Positions 49,901 through 60,367 of a stretch of DNA of 64,000 nucleotides are shown here, in pieces (positions within the stretch are counted from its first letter, which is position 1; every line of letters begins with the position of its first letter). Origin of the DNA: Mobula hypostoma (lineage: Eukaryota); assembly GCF_963921235.1 (NCBI RefSeq), contig NC_086097.1:5394001-5458000 (forward strand), read 5' to 3'. A model generated the notes under the pieces. The model ran no database searches, was not told where the DNA came from, and saw only the letters and a program-made list of their open reading frames with translations. The translations under genes were made by a program, and so were the position numbers.

Positions 49901-52900
49901 CTCCAGTCGCGGTGACATCCTCAGTGCGTAGTCGTTGGTGTTTCTCTCTGGGGGTGCTTGTGTTCATGGAGACCCCTGTTCACTTGCTTTGATCCTGATT
50001 GGCGAGCCCTTCAGTTGACCTTTGAATTCTATTGCCTCACATGTCTTAAGAGCCTCGACTGGTGAGGAAACATCTGCAAGCTAATTGGCAGGCTCGGCAA
50101 ACGTGGCAACATCAAAAAATAAACTGTGCAGGTACAAAAGAGAAAATAATAATCATTATGCATACAGTGGCATGCAAAAGTTTGGCCACCCCGGTCAAAA
50201 TTTCTGTTACTGTGAATAGTTAAGTGAGTAAAGATGAACTGATCTCCAAAAGTCATAAAGTTAAAGATGAAACATTCTTTTCAACATTTAAGCAAGATTA
50301 GTGTATTATTTTTGTTTTGTACAATTTTAGAGTAGAAAAAAAGGAAAGGAGCACCATGCAAAAGTTTGGGCACCCCAAGAGATTTGAGCTCTCAGACAAC
50401 TTTTACCAAGGTCTCAGACCTTAATTAGCTTGTTAGGGCTATGGCTTGTTCACAGTCATCGTTAGGAAAGGCCAGGTGATGCAAATTTCAAAGCTTTATA
50501 AATACCCTGACTCCTCAAATCTTGTCCCAACAATCAGCAGCCATGGGCTCCTCTAAGCAGCTGCCTAGCACTCTGACAATTAAAATAAATAATGCCCACA
50601 AAGCAGGAGAAGGCTATAAGAAGATAGCAAAGGGTTTTCAGGTCGCCGTTTCCTCAGCTCGTAATGTAATTAAGAAATGACAGTTAACAGGAACGGTGGA
50701 GGTCAATTTGAGGTCTGAAAGACCAAGGAAACTTTCTGAGAGAACTGCTCGTAGGATTGCCAGAAAGGCAAATCAAAACCCCTGTTTGACTACAAAAGAC
50801 CTTCAGGAAGATTTAGCAGACTCTGGAGATGTGGTGCACTGTTCTAGTTGTTCGTCCATCGTCGTCCATGAAGATCTCAACACCATTATGATGATGATGG
50901 TGGTGTTGAGACTAGCGCTTGATTTGGATTTAAGTAAGGGAGAGTTGTGCAGTATGAGCTTCACTCTCTCTTCCCAATTCCCATCCGGATCCAGTGACAA
51001 GACAATAGTTGCGATGGCTGGGGATGGGACTAGGCGCAGTGGAATACCAGGACATCTTCTGTGTCTTGTCCTGCTCTACGCATTCCAGGATGCTTGCAGA
51101 GACCGCCTTCTTGACCGTTGGACCTTCCAGTGGTCTCGTCCACTCAGTCCATTGGAGTCTGTTTCATATGCTGCGATAGACAACTCTCTTTCTCACCAAG
51201 GGTTTGAGACCCGTCGGCTACCCTCACCTGGTTTAGCCGGCTTGTCAAAGCCGTTGCCTGGGGTGTGGCTGCTGTCACATGCAAACAGCTACGGAGACCC
51301 ACAGGTCAGAGCTGAGTGCCAGGTGGGGACCAAAGGTGGACAACCTGCCTGAAAAGGACACGATATGTTCCCCCACCAGAGGTGCTAGCCTCCCTGACAC
51401 CCCATACATCCCACCCCATACACTGTTCTACTGTGGAGCGACACCTGCACAGATATGACCATCATGGAAGAGTCATCAGAAAAAAACCTTTCCTGCATCC
51501 TCACCACAAGATTCAGCATCAGATGTTTGCAAAGGTACATCTAAACAAGCCTGGTGCATTTTGGAAACTAGTCCTGTGGACTGATGAAGTTAAAATAGAA
51601 TTTTTTGGCCACAATGAGCAAAGGTACATTTGGAGAGAAAATGGTGCAGAAATTCATGAAAAGAACACCTCTTCAACTGTTAAGCATGGGGTTGGATCGA
51701 TCATGCTTTGGGCTTTTGTTGCAGCCAGTGGCGGAGAACATTTCACTGCTAGAGGGAAGAATAAATACATTTAAATACCAGAAAATTCCGTAAGCAAACA
51801 TCACACCGTCTGGAAAAAAGCTGAAGATGAAAAGAGGATAGCTTATACAACAGGATAATGAACCTAAACACACCTCAAAATCCACAATGGACTACCTCAA
51901 GAGGCGCAAGCTGAAGGTTTTGCCATGGCCGTCACAGTCCCCCGAATCGAAAATCTGTGGATAGACCTCAAAAGAGCAGTGCATGCAAGACGGCCCAAGA
52001 ATCTCACAGAACTAAAAGCCTTTTGCGAGGAATAATGGACGAGAATCACCCAAACAAGAATTGAAAGACTGAGCTGCCTACAGGAAGCGTTTACAAAATG
52101 TGATACTTGCCAAAGGAGGTGTTACTAAGTACTGAACATGCCCGGTGCCCAAAGATTTGCTTCAGGCCCTTTTCCTTTTTTGTTATTTTGAGACTGTAAA
52201 AGATGGAAATAAAAAAGTAATCTTGCTTAAAATATTAAAGAAATGAGACATCTTTAACTTTATGCTTTTGGAAATCAGGTCATCTTTTACTCACTTAGCT
52301 ATTCACAGTAACAGAAATTTTGACTGCGGTGCCCAAACATTTGCATGCCACTGCAAAGAAGCAATAATCATTGAGAACATTTGAAAGTAAGTCCATAGGT
52401 TGTGGGAACATTTAAAACTTAGGAGGAGTGAAGTTATCAAGAGCTTGATGGTTGAGGTGGAATAACTCTTTGTGAACCTGGTAGTGGGGGTCCTGAGGCT
52501 CCTCTACCTTCTTCCTCATGGCAGCAGCAAGAAGAGAGCATGTCCTGGATGGTGGGTGGGTGGAAATGTACTTAGGCTGGTGTTAAATCTGTGGGTTAGG
52601 GTTAGGGTTAGAGTTAATTATCTCAAAATAATTAAATAGGCAGTTTGAATAATTCAGTGCATGTTTATAGGCCTAAAACACAACAACACTGTTTTTGTAA
52701 GTTGTAGGGTATTAATCATATATAGTAATAAAGTATTTGGAAAATCTATGAAACTTATAAATTGGATGTTTTTGTTATAAATCAAGTTTGATGCCTTTTT
52801 TCTCCTCTGTAGGTGATATACAAGTCTGGGCTGGAAGTAAATGAGGAAGGAACAAAATCTGCTGCACTTAGAAATTACCAATTAATCAAAAGGTCTCTTC

Positions 52901-53001
52901 CTATTGAGTTTAAATGTAACAGACCTTTCTTGTTACTAATTGCTGATAAATACGTCCAGAATATCCTGTTTGCTGGGAGAGTGATGAACCCCAACATTTG
53001 A
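37290..53001 (+). CDS. Clade-A serpin (alpha-1-antitrypsin-like), 407 aa, join(37290..37908,43353..43623,48313..48457,52813..53001)
   Basis: Four exons of 619+271+145+189 = 1224 nt splice in frame with GT-AG introns of phase 1, 2, 0 at the group-V2 serpin positions. Signal peptide present; collinear with alpha-1-antitrypsin throughout. Exact ortholog not assignable by eye. Confidence 0.95.
38785..39330 (-). mobile_element. Degraded Penelope-like 3' end in serpin intron
   Basis: Homologous to 62680-63260 (ccatcaggttggagg, terminal repeat). Confidence 0.65.
41090..41156. mobile_element. 67-bp TA-flanked inverted repeat (Tc1/mariner-like MITE or end of a larger element)
   Basis: TA-cagtactgtgtaacggtctcaggcaca..tgtacctaagacctttgtacagttctg-TA; related copy at ~29450-29518. 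Confidence 0.6.
42466..42820 (+). mobile_element. Rex1/Babar-like LINE 3' end
   Basis: Near-identical to 11530-11870; (GACTAT)n tail. Confidence 0.8.
43353..43623 (+). CDS. Serpin coding exon 2
   Basis: Acceptor tttctccag|; GEWLQPFDAKRTYEADFHVDDRTTERVRMM..VLLMEYAGNTSLLILLP..GKL.ELE; donor CA|GTAAGT; 271 nt. Confidence 0.95.
44981..45234. mobile_element. Fold-back Penelope-like terminal repeat insertion with 15-bp TSD
   Basis: Arms 45019-45121 and 45132-45234 (103 bp, 2 mismatches); TSD catgcattttaatct 44966-44980 / catgcatcttaatct 45234-45248. Confidence 0.85.
45136..45172 (+). ncRNA. Minimal type-I hammerhead ribozyme motif (PLE-associated)
   Basis: AGUC-CUGACGA-AGG(gucucgg)CCU-GAAA-CG-UC-GACU. 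Intact core also on the minus strand at 5238-5273, 45083-45117, 49098-49134 and 62742-62778. Confidence 0.7.
45879..47067 (+). mobile_element. Young CR1 RT/3' fragment
   Basis: Uninterrupted 304-aa ORF (DFQKAFDKVPH..FADDTKL..LVRPHLEYC); near-identical to 61515-62680. Confidence 0.92.
48313..48457 (+). CDS. Serpin coding exon 3 (absent from the ORF track)
   Basis: Acceptor catgacag|; (Q)SVDVHFPKMTLRKTYKLKPLLRSMGIEDASTNYANFSGISDDLLKLSE; donor GAG|GTAAAC; phases fit both neighbours. Confidence 0.93.
49822..50115 (-). mobile_element. Second Penelope-like family terminal repeat with inverted partial copy and hammerhead motif (49888-49927)
   Basis: Minus strand reads gca-CTGAGGA-tgtcacc..ggagat-GAAAC-atc-tgc; inverted gaaacatctgcaagct..gctcggcaaac at ~50067-50102. 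Confidence 0.55.
50847..51420 (-). mobile_element. Complete non-autonomous RTE-like element family 2 with 10-bp TSD, inside the Tc1 ORF
   Basis: TSD cactgttcta at 50837-50846 and 51421-51430; removing the insert restores VVHCS-TVERHLH; homolog at 10925-12128. Confidence 0.8.
51223..51403 (-). ncRNA. Candidate HDV-like self-cleaving ribozyme with extra hairpin in L3
   Basis: P1 GGGGUGU/ACACCCC, P2 CUGACCUG/CAGGUGAG, P3 GGU/GCC, J1.1/4 AGGCAA, P4 CGGCUU-ugac-AAGCCG, J4/2 GCUAA. Folded by eye. Confidence 0.6.
52813..53001 (+). CDS. Serpin coding exon 4 (hinge, reactive centre loop, serpin signature)
   Basis: Polypyrimidine acceptor ctctgtag|; VIYKSGLEVNEEGTKSAALRNYQLIKRSLPIEFKCNRPFLLLI..ILFAGRVMNPNI*. 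Confidence 0.95.
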   Translation: MIYKSGLEVNEEGTKSAALRNYQLIKRSLPIEFKCNRPFLLLIADKYVQNILFAGRVMNPNI

Positions 53002-53277
53002 TCACAGAGTCCACACCATCACAAAACTTGTGCATCTCCGGATGGAAAACAATGCAGTTACTTCTAACACTTAAACTTGTAACATTTAAATATTGGGAGC
53101 TGGCTAACATAATTTAGGTTTGCTTTATACTAGGTTAACATGTCAGGCATTGATTGAAGAGATTTCAATTCAAAGTAAACCCTTCAAGAATATTCACATT
53201 AACAAAATATCTCAAATATAGACTTCTTGATTGTTATGATTTGCTTAATACATATTTGATTGAATGACATGATTTAT

Positions 53278-53283
53278 ATTAAA
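53278..53283 (+). terminator. Candidate polyadenylation signal of the serpin
   Basis: ATTAAA followed ~30 nt later by GT-rich gtttgttattggtttt; alternative AATAAA at 53450-53455. Confidence 0.45.
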
Positions 53284-54876
53284 GTAGAAATTGCACCTGA
53301 TCTTTACTAGTAGAGTTTGTTATTGGTTTTACTTCAAAGTTCTTCTTCAACTTTCTCTTGTAGACATGTATTTCAAGAAAAATAGTCATAGGAAGATTTC
53401 CAAACTGTATAAATGATCCATTTATCCTCAGGCACTCAGTAAAAAATGCAATAAACATGAGAGATTCTACAGATATTCGGAACCTTGAGCAACATGCACA
53501 AAACACACAAAATGCTGGAGAAACTTAGCAGGTCAGGCAGCGTCTATGAAATGAATAAACAAATGTATATCTCAGGCCCAGGCGAAGTCAAGTGGCTGGG
53601 AAAGGTAAAAAGGAATCTGACAGGAGAGAAGAATGGACCATGGGAGAAAGGGAAGGAGGAGGGTCACCAGGGAGAGATGAAGTCAGGTAAGAAGAATAAG
53701 GGGACAGATGGGAAAAGAAGAGAGAAGGGTTTTTTTTTACCGGAAAAAACAATGTTCATGCCGTCAGGTTGGGGGCTACACAAGTCAAGCTAAGTTTATT
53801 GTCATTTAATTATATATCTATATATGACGTATATTACCATGCAATATACAGTATATAACAATGAGACAGTTCTTCAAACCAGGTTAGTACACATAACAGG
53901 GTAACTTATGAATATAAGGATAAAATATACAGATGAATCACACATAAATAACGAATTGAAGTGCATTAATATTAAATATTGTAAGGTACGGAACAGATTA
54001 ACCAGTGACTCTGAATATGATGTGACAAGGAATTCAGAAGTCTAACAGCCTGGGAGAAGAAATTGATTCTCATTCAGACCCAGAGGAACATGAGGTATTG
54101 CTCCTCCATTCTGAGAGCGGCCTCATCACAAGGTGAAAGAAGAGGACATGGATCGACCTATCAGAGTGAGAATGGGGATCGTAATTAAAATGGTCTCACT
54201 ATTGCAGATGAGTCATGCAGTGGCTGATGAAAGGAGAAAGGTTATCACATTTTTGTTAAAAATGCAAGATGTGAATCTGGAAGAGCAGAATATCTGTTGG
54301 AGGAACTCACTGGGAAACTCTGGCAGATCTTTTGTATAATTTAGCCAAAGAGTGGTGAATCTGTGGAATTCTTTGCCACAGACAGCTGTGGAGACCAAGT
54401 CTTTATGTATATTAATAGATTCTTTATTGGTCAGAGCATGAAGATTTCTGAAGGTAAATGTATCAGCTCTGATCAAATGGCAGAGTAGACTCGATGGACC
54501 AAATGGCTCAACTCTTCTCCTATACCTTATGGTTTTATGGTTCCAAGGAAAAGCCCTAACATATTCAATCTTCCCTTATACCTCAGGTCCTCCAGTCCCA
54601 GCAACATCTTTGTAAACTTTCTCTGTACTCTTTCAACCTTTTTTTAACAAAGTTACAAAGCCACATCAAACCCTTTGCCTACCCGTATGTGATTTCGATA
54701 CAATGTGTATCCCTGGACATAAGCTCCCAGCTATAATCTTCTTTCAGCCACAATTCAGCAATGAATTGCTGAAACAATTCAGCCCACAACATCATATATG
54801 CCAATCTGTAACTGTGCTACAAGTTCATCTACCTTATTCCATATACTGTGCGCAAAGGTAACATCTTCTGTATTCA

Positions 54877-55000
54877 GGCCAAGCAGCATCTATAGGAAGA
54901 GGTGCAGTCGATGCTGCTTGGCCTGCTGCGTTCACCAGCAACTTTGATGTATGTTGCTTGAATTTCCAGCATCTGCAGAATTCCTGTTGTTTGCATTAAA
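54877..55000. mobile_element. Short fold-back PLE terminal fragment with 14-bp TSD
   Basis: TSD atcttctgtattca at 54863-54876 and 55001-55014; internal inverted ggccaagcagcatc/gatgctgcttggcc. Confidence 0.75.
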
Positions 55001-55029
55001 ATCTTCTGTATTCACCCATTTTGATTTTA

Positions 55030-55490
55030 TAGAACACAGAACATAGAATAGTACAGCACAGTACAGGCCCTTCAGCCCACAATGTTGTGCCGACCCTCAA
55101 ACCCTGCCTCCCATATAAGGCCTCACCTTAAATTCCTCCATATACCTGTCTAGTAGACTGTTAAACTTCACTAGTGTATCTGCCTCCACCACTGACTCAG
55201 GCAGTGCATTCCACGCACCAACTACTCTCTGAGTAAAAAACCTTCCTCTAATATCCCTCTTGAAATCTCCACCCCATACCTTAAAGCCATGTCCTCTTGT
55301 ATTGAGCAGTGATGCCCTGGGGAAGAGGCGCTGGCTATCCACTCTATCTATTCCTCTTATTATCTTGTACACCTCTATCATGTCTCCTCTCATCCTCCTT
55401 CTCTCCAAAGAGTAAAGCCCTAGCTCCCTTAATCTCTGATCATAATGCATACTCTCTAAACCAGGCAGCATCTTGGTAAATCTCCTCTGT
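55030..55490 (-). mobile_element. Young CR1 3' fragment
   Basis: Near-identical to 59915-60367. Confidence 0.9.
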
Positions 55491-56998
55491 CTGCACAATG
55501 CTAAACTCAAGTTTCTATGAATGATGGAACATGACAAATCAAAGAGTAATTTGAAACTTACAGCCTATGCCATTCTGACACAAAAGTGCTTGCATGTTCT
55601 CACCCTAAAATCATCTGTATCGGCATCATTTTCCGGACAAAATCTAGCTGATTGTGTTTATATCTAAAATGGTGAAGCCAACCATTTTTTGAGTGCGGTT
55701 AGAAACATATGCACACTGGGCTATGGAAAGAGAATTGAAATATACTTTTTCAATTGATGCTGGAAGAACTGATTATAGAATTTATGAGAAGGAAACCAAA
55801 GGTCCGTCAACCAGATCTCCTCGGAGGATCAGAGATGGAGAGGGTCAGCAACTTTACATTCCTCGTTGCTATAATTTTGAAGGACCTGTCCTGGCCCAGC
55901 ACGTACATGTAGTTACAAAGAAAACATGGCAACGCCTCTACTTCGTTAGGAGTTTTTTGCAGGTTGGCATGACATCTAAAACCCCTCGTTCACCTTCCTC
56001 CTTCTAGTTACCCATCTCTTTGTCTTCATTCTATAGTCCTCAGGTCTTTCTTACAAGATTCCTTCTTCATCAGCATTTTGCTTTTGCTGCGATACACCTC
56101 TCAGTTTCTCACATTCTTCCTTTTTGCCTCCTCACCCTCCTGCCTTCCTCTCACTTGGATTGATCTATCACATGCCAATTCCTGCTCCTCCTCCCAAACA
56201 CCACCTTTTGATTTATGTATCTATCTATCTATCTATTTATTTAGCAACACATTTTGGAACAGGCCCTTCTGGCCCAATGAACTGCACCACACAGCAACCC
56301 AGTGATTTAACGCAAGTCTAATCAGGGGACAATTTACAATGACCAATTAACCTGCTAACCAGCATGTCCTTAGCTTCTGGGAGGAAACCAGAGCATCTGG
56401 AGGAAACACATGCGGTTACAGGGAAGATGTAAAAACTCCTTACATACGGCGCTGGTGTGAACTCCAAACTCCAACAGCCCAAGCCGTAATAGCGTCACCC
56501 CAACCGCTGTGCTGCCATGGCCCCCCACTTTGGCTTCCATTCCTGTCCTGGTGGTTTCAGCTTCAAACATCAACAGCCCATTTCACTTTGTAGGTGTTGC
56601 CTGACTCGTTGAGTTCCTCCAACGTTTGATGTGTACTGAAATATTAAAATAAATAGAAGTACTTGCAGAGATTATTAAGTGCTTGATTTAACTGAAAACT
56701 AACAAAGGTTATTTTATTAAGGAAGAGACCATTCTTGGGTGTATTTGAAACTATTGGATAGTTTGTTAATAAAAGAGTACGTGCAATAGCAGCAAAATGT
56801 CTGTATGGAGTTTGTATGTTCTTGGCGTGTGTGCATGGGTTTCCTCCGGGTGATCCAGTTTCATCCCACGTTCCAAAGATGTGCCAGTTAGAAGGCTAAC
56901 TGGTCATTGTAAATTGTCCTGTGATTAGTCTCAGGCTGAATAGATGGGTTGCTGGGCAGTGCAGCTCATTGAGTTGACAGGGCTTGCTTTGCACTGTA

Positions 56999-57200
56999 CA
57001 AGAGGTGATTGATAAGTTCATTGCCTCGGGTAGAAGGAGTCAGTTTTAGAAAACCTAGCACATTTATTTTTCCGACATTTACACACTTAGTCCAGCGGTG
57101 TGTACATGTAGCAGGGGACTGTGTTGAAAAATAAATTTGCTAGGTTTTCTAAAATTGACTCCTTCTACCTTATGCCCACGAACTTATCAATGACCCCTCG
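56999..57200. mobile_element. Mariner-type MITE, ~80-bp TIRs, TA TSD, inserted in a SINE tail
   Basis: TA-caagaggtgattgataagttc..ggtagaaggagtcagttttagaaaacctagca / tgctaggttttctaaaattgactccttctacc..gaacttatcaatgacccctcg-TA. Confidence 0.85.
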
Positions 57201-57587
57201 TATCTCCAAATACGCAAATAAGAAAATAAATAGATAAATATATTTGTTTGTAAGTAAGTCATTTTAACGTATAAGCCAATCCAATTTTAGAAAGTAAGTA
57301 GACTCAGATCTGTCTCGGACCTGGAACAGTCAGATGAAGGTGGCATTATCTGGAGAGGAATGAGTGCCATCATGTCACTCTGTCTGAGGTTGACTTTGAT
57401 ACAAAGAACATTGAAACTTCAAAAGTGACCAAAGATTAAATTCCTCTGCACAGTACTTACCCTCTTTGACTCCAGGATTTGGTCTCGTCAGGTACTAAGA
57501 TGGATGTATGGGAATAATTGAAGGCGATTCTTTCATCCACAATATTGCAGAAGTTCCTTAGAGTCTTCAACCTAAGCAATACATATA

Positions 57588-60367
57588 TGGAATTATGAAG
57601 TAGTGGCCATTACAGAGACTTGGCTGGCACCAGGGCAGGAATAAATTCTCAATATTCCTGGATTTCAGTGCTTTAAAAGGGATAAAGAGGGTGGAAAAAG
57701 GGGAGGAGGGGTGGCATTACTGGTCAGGGATACTATTACATCTACAGAAAGAGTGGGTAATTTAGCAGGATCCTCTTTTGAGTCAGTATGGGTGGAAGTC
57801 AGGAACAGGAAGGGAGCAGTTACTCTATTGGGGGTATTCTATAGGCCCCCTGGTAGCAACAGAGATACAGAGGAGCAGATTGGGAGGCAGATTTTGGAAA
57901 GGTGCAAAAATACAGGGTTGTTATCATGGGTGACTTTAACTTCCCTAATATTGATTGGCACCTGATTAGTTCCAAGGGTTTAGATGGGGCAGAATTTGTT
58001 AAGTGTGTCCAGGATGGATTCCTGTCACAGTACGTGGACAGGCCGACCAGGGGGAATGTCATACTAGATCTAGTACTAGGTAATGAACCGGGTCAGGTCA
58101 CAGATCTCTCAGTGGGTGAGCATCTGGGGGACAGTGACCACCGCTCCCTGGCTTTTATAATTATCATGGAAAAGGATAGAATCAAAGAGGACAGGAAAAT
58201 TTTTAATTGAGGAAAGGCAAATTATGAGGCTATAAGGCTAGAACTTGCGGGAGTGAATTGGGATGATGTTTTTGCAGGGAAATGTACTATGAACATGTGG
58301 TCAATGTTTAGAGATCTCTTGCGGGATGTAAGGGATAAATTTGTCCCGGTGAGGAAGATAAAGAATGGTAGGGTGAAGGAACCATGGGTGACAAGTGAGG
58401 TGGAAAATCTAGTCAGGTGGAAGAAGGCAGCATACATGAGGTTTAGGAAGCAAGGATCAGATGGGTCTATTGAGGAATATAGGGAAGCAAGAAAGGAGCT
58501 TAAGAAGGGGCTGAGAAGAGCAAGAAGGGGGCATGAGAAGGCCTTGGTGAGTAGGGTAGAGGAAAACCCCAAGGCATTCTTCAATTATGTGAAGAAAAAA
58601 AGGATGACAGGAGTGAAGGTAGGACCGATTAGAGATAAAGGTGGGAAGATGTGCCTGGAGGCTGTGGAAGTGAGCGAGGTCCTCAATGAATGCTTCTCTT
58701 CAGTATTCACCAATGAGAGGGAACTTGATGATGGTGAGGACAATATGAGTGAGGTTGATGTTCTGGAGCATGTTGATATTAAGGGAGAGGAGGTGTTGGA
58801 GCTGTTAAAATACATTAGGACAGATAAGTCCCCGGGACCTGACGGAATATTCCCCAGGCTGCTCCACGAGGCGAGAGAAGAGATTGCTGAGCCTCTGGCT
58901 AGGATCTTTATGTCCTCGTTGTCCACGGGAATGGTACCAGAGGATTGGAGGGAGGCGAATGTTGTTCCCTTGTTCAAAAAAGGTAGTAGGGATAGTCCGG
59001 GTAATTATAGACCACTGAGCCTTACGTCTGTGGTGGGAAAGCTGTTGGAAAAGATTCTTAGAGATAGGGTCTATAGGCATTTAGAGAATCATGGTCTGAT
59101 CAGAGACAGTCAGTATGGCTTTGTGAAGGGCAGATCGTGTAAAGGCCTGATAGAGTTCTTTGAGGAGGTGACGAGGCATATAGATGAGGGTAGTGCAGTG
59201 GATGTGATCTATATGGATTTTAGTAAGGCATTTGACAAGGTTCCACATGGTAGGCTTATTCAGAAAGTTAGAAGGCATGGAATCCAGGGAAGTTTGGCCA
59301 GGTGGATTGAGAATTGGCTTGCCTGCATAAGGCAGAGGGTGGTGGTGGAGGGAGTACATTCAGATTGGAGGATTGTGACGAGTGGTGTCCCACAAGGATC
59401 TGTTCTGGGTCCTCTAGTTTTCGTGATTTTTATTAACGACCTGGATGTGGGGGTAGAAGGGTGGGTTGGCAAGTTTGCAGACGACACAAAGGTTGGTGGT
59501 GTTGTAGAGAGTGTAGAGGATTGTCGAAGATTGCAGAGAGACATTGATAGGATGCAGAAGTGGGCTGAGAAGTGGCAGATGGAGTTCAACCCGGAGAAGT
59601 GTGAGGTGGTACACTTTGGAAGGACAAACTCCAAGCCAGAGTACAAAGTAAATGGCAGGATATTTGGTAGTGTGGAGGAGCAGAGGGATCACGGGGTACA
59701 TGTCCACAGATCCCTGAAAGTTGCCTCACAGGTGGATAGGGTAGTTAAGAAAGCTTATGGGGTGTTAGTTTTCATAAGTCGAGGGATAGAGTTTAAGAGT
59801 CGCGATGTAATGATGCAGCTCTATAAAACTCTGCTTAGGCCACACTTGGAGTACTGTGTCCAGTTCTGGCCACCTCACTATAGGAAGGATGTGGAAGCAT
59901 TGGAAAGGGTGCAAAGGAGATTTACCAGGATGCTGCCTCGTTTAGAAAGTATGCATTATGATCAGAGATTAAGGGAGCTCGGGCTTTACTCTTTGGAAAG
60001 AAGGAGGATGAGAGGAGACATGATAGAGGTGTACAAGATAATAAGAGGAATAGATAGAGTGGATAGCCAGCGCCTCTTCCCCAGGGCACCACCGCTCAAT
60101 ACAAGAGGACATGGCTTTAAGGTAAGTGGTGGGAAGTTCAAGGGGGATATTAGAGGAAGGTTTTTTACTCAGAGAGTGGTTGGTGCGTGGAATGCACTGC
60201 CTGAGTCAGTGGTGGAGGCAGATACACTCGTGAAGTTTAAGAGACTACTAGACAGGTATATGGAGGAATCTAAGGTGGGGGCTTATATGGGAGGCAGGGT
60301 TTGAGGGTTGGCACAACATTGTGGGCCGAAGGGCCTGTACTGTGCTGTACTATTCTATGTTCTATGT
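57588..60367 (+). mobile_element. Near-complete CR1 ORF2 (APE endonuclease + RT), young
   Basis: VVAITETWL, GVFYRPP, MGDFNFP, LDLVL, GDSDH; open 683-aa RT region 58253-60304. One frameshift (~57905) and a stop (58208-58210) upstream; ttctatg tail. Confidence 0.95.

Larger units (their letters stand above)
50165..52353 (+). mobile_element. Tc1-like IR/DR DNA transposon, full length, transposase pseudogene 50543-52135
   Basis: ~210-bp imperfect TIRs starting cagtggcatgcaaa.gtttgg, inner DR at ~50355-50376, TA at 50163-64 (CA on the right). GEGYKKIAK, ERPRKLS, KKPFL, VLWTDE.K, KHG.GSIMLW, QQDNEPKH, WPSQSP, GVTKY*. Has stops, frameshifts and an insertion. Confidence 0.93.

Noticed and set aside
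50696..51352. 218-aa ORF as a novel transposase fusion
   Set aside because: Chance read-through from the Tc1 N-terminus into the antisense of the inserted element; upstream stop at ~50678 and no true ATG start.
52593..52616. (GGGTTA)3-like telomeric run
   Set aside because: Only 24 bp, within a decayed SINE-like end; too short to indicate an interstitial telomere.
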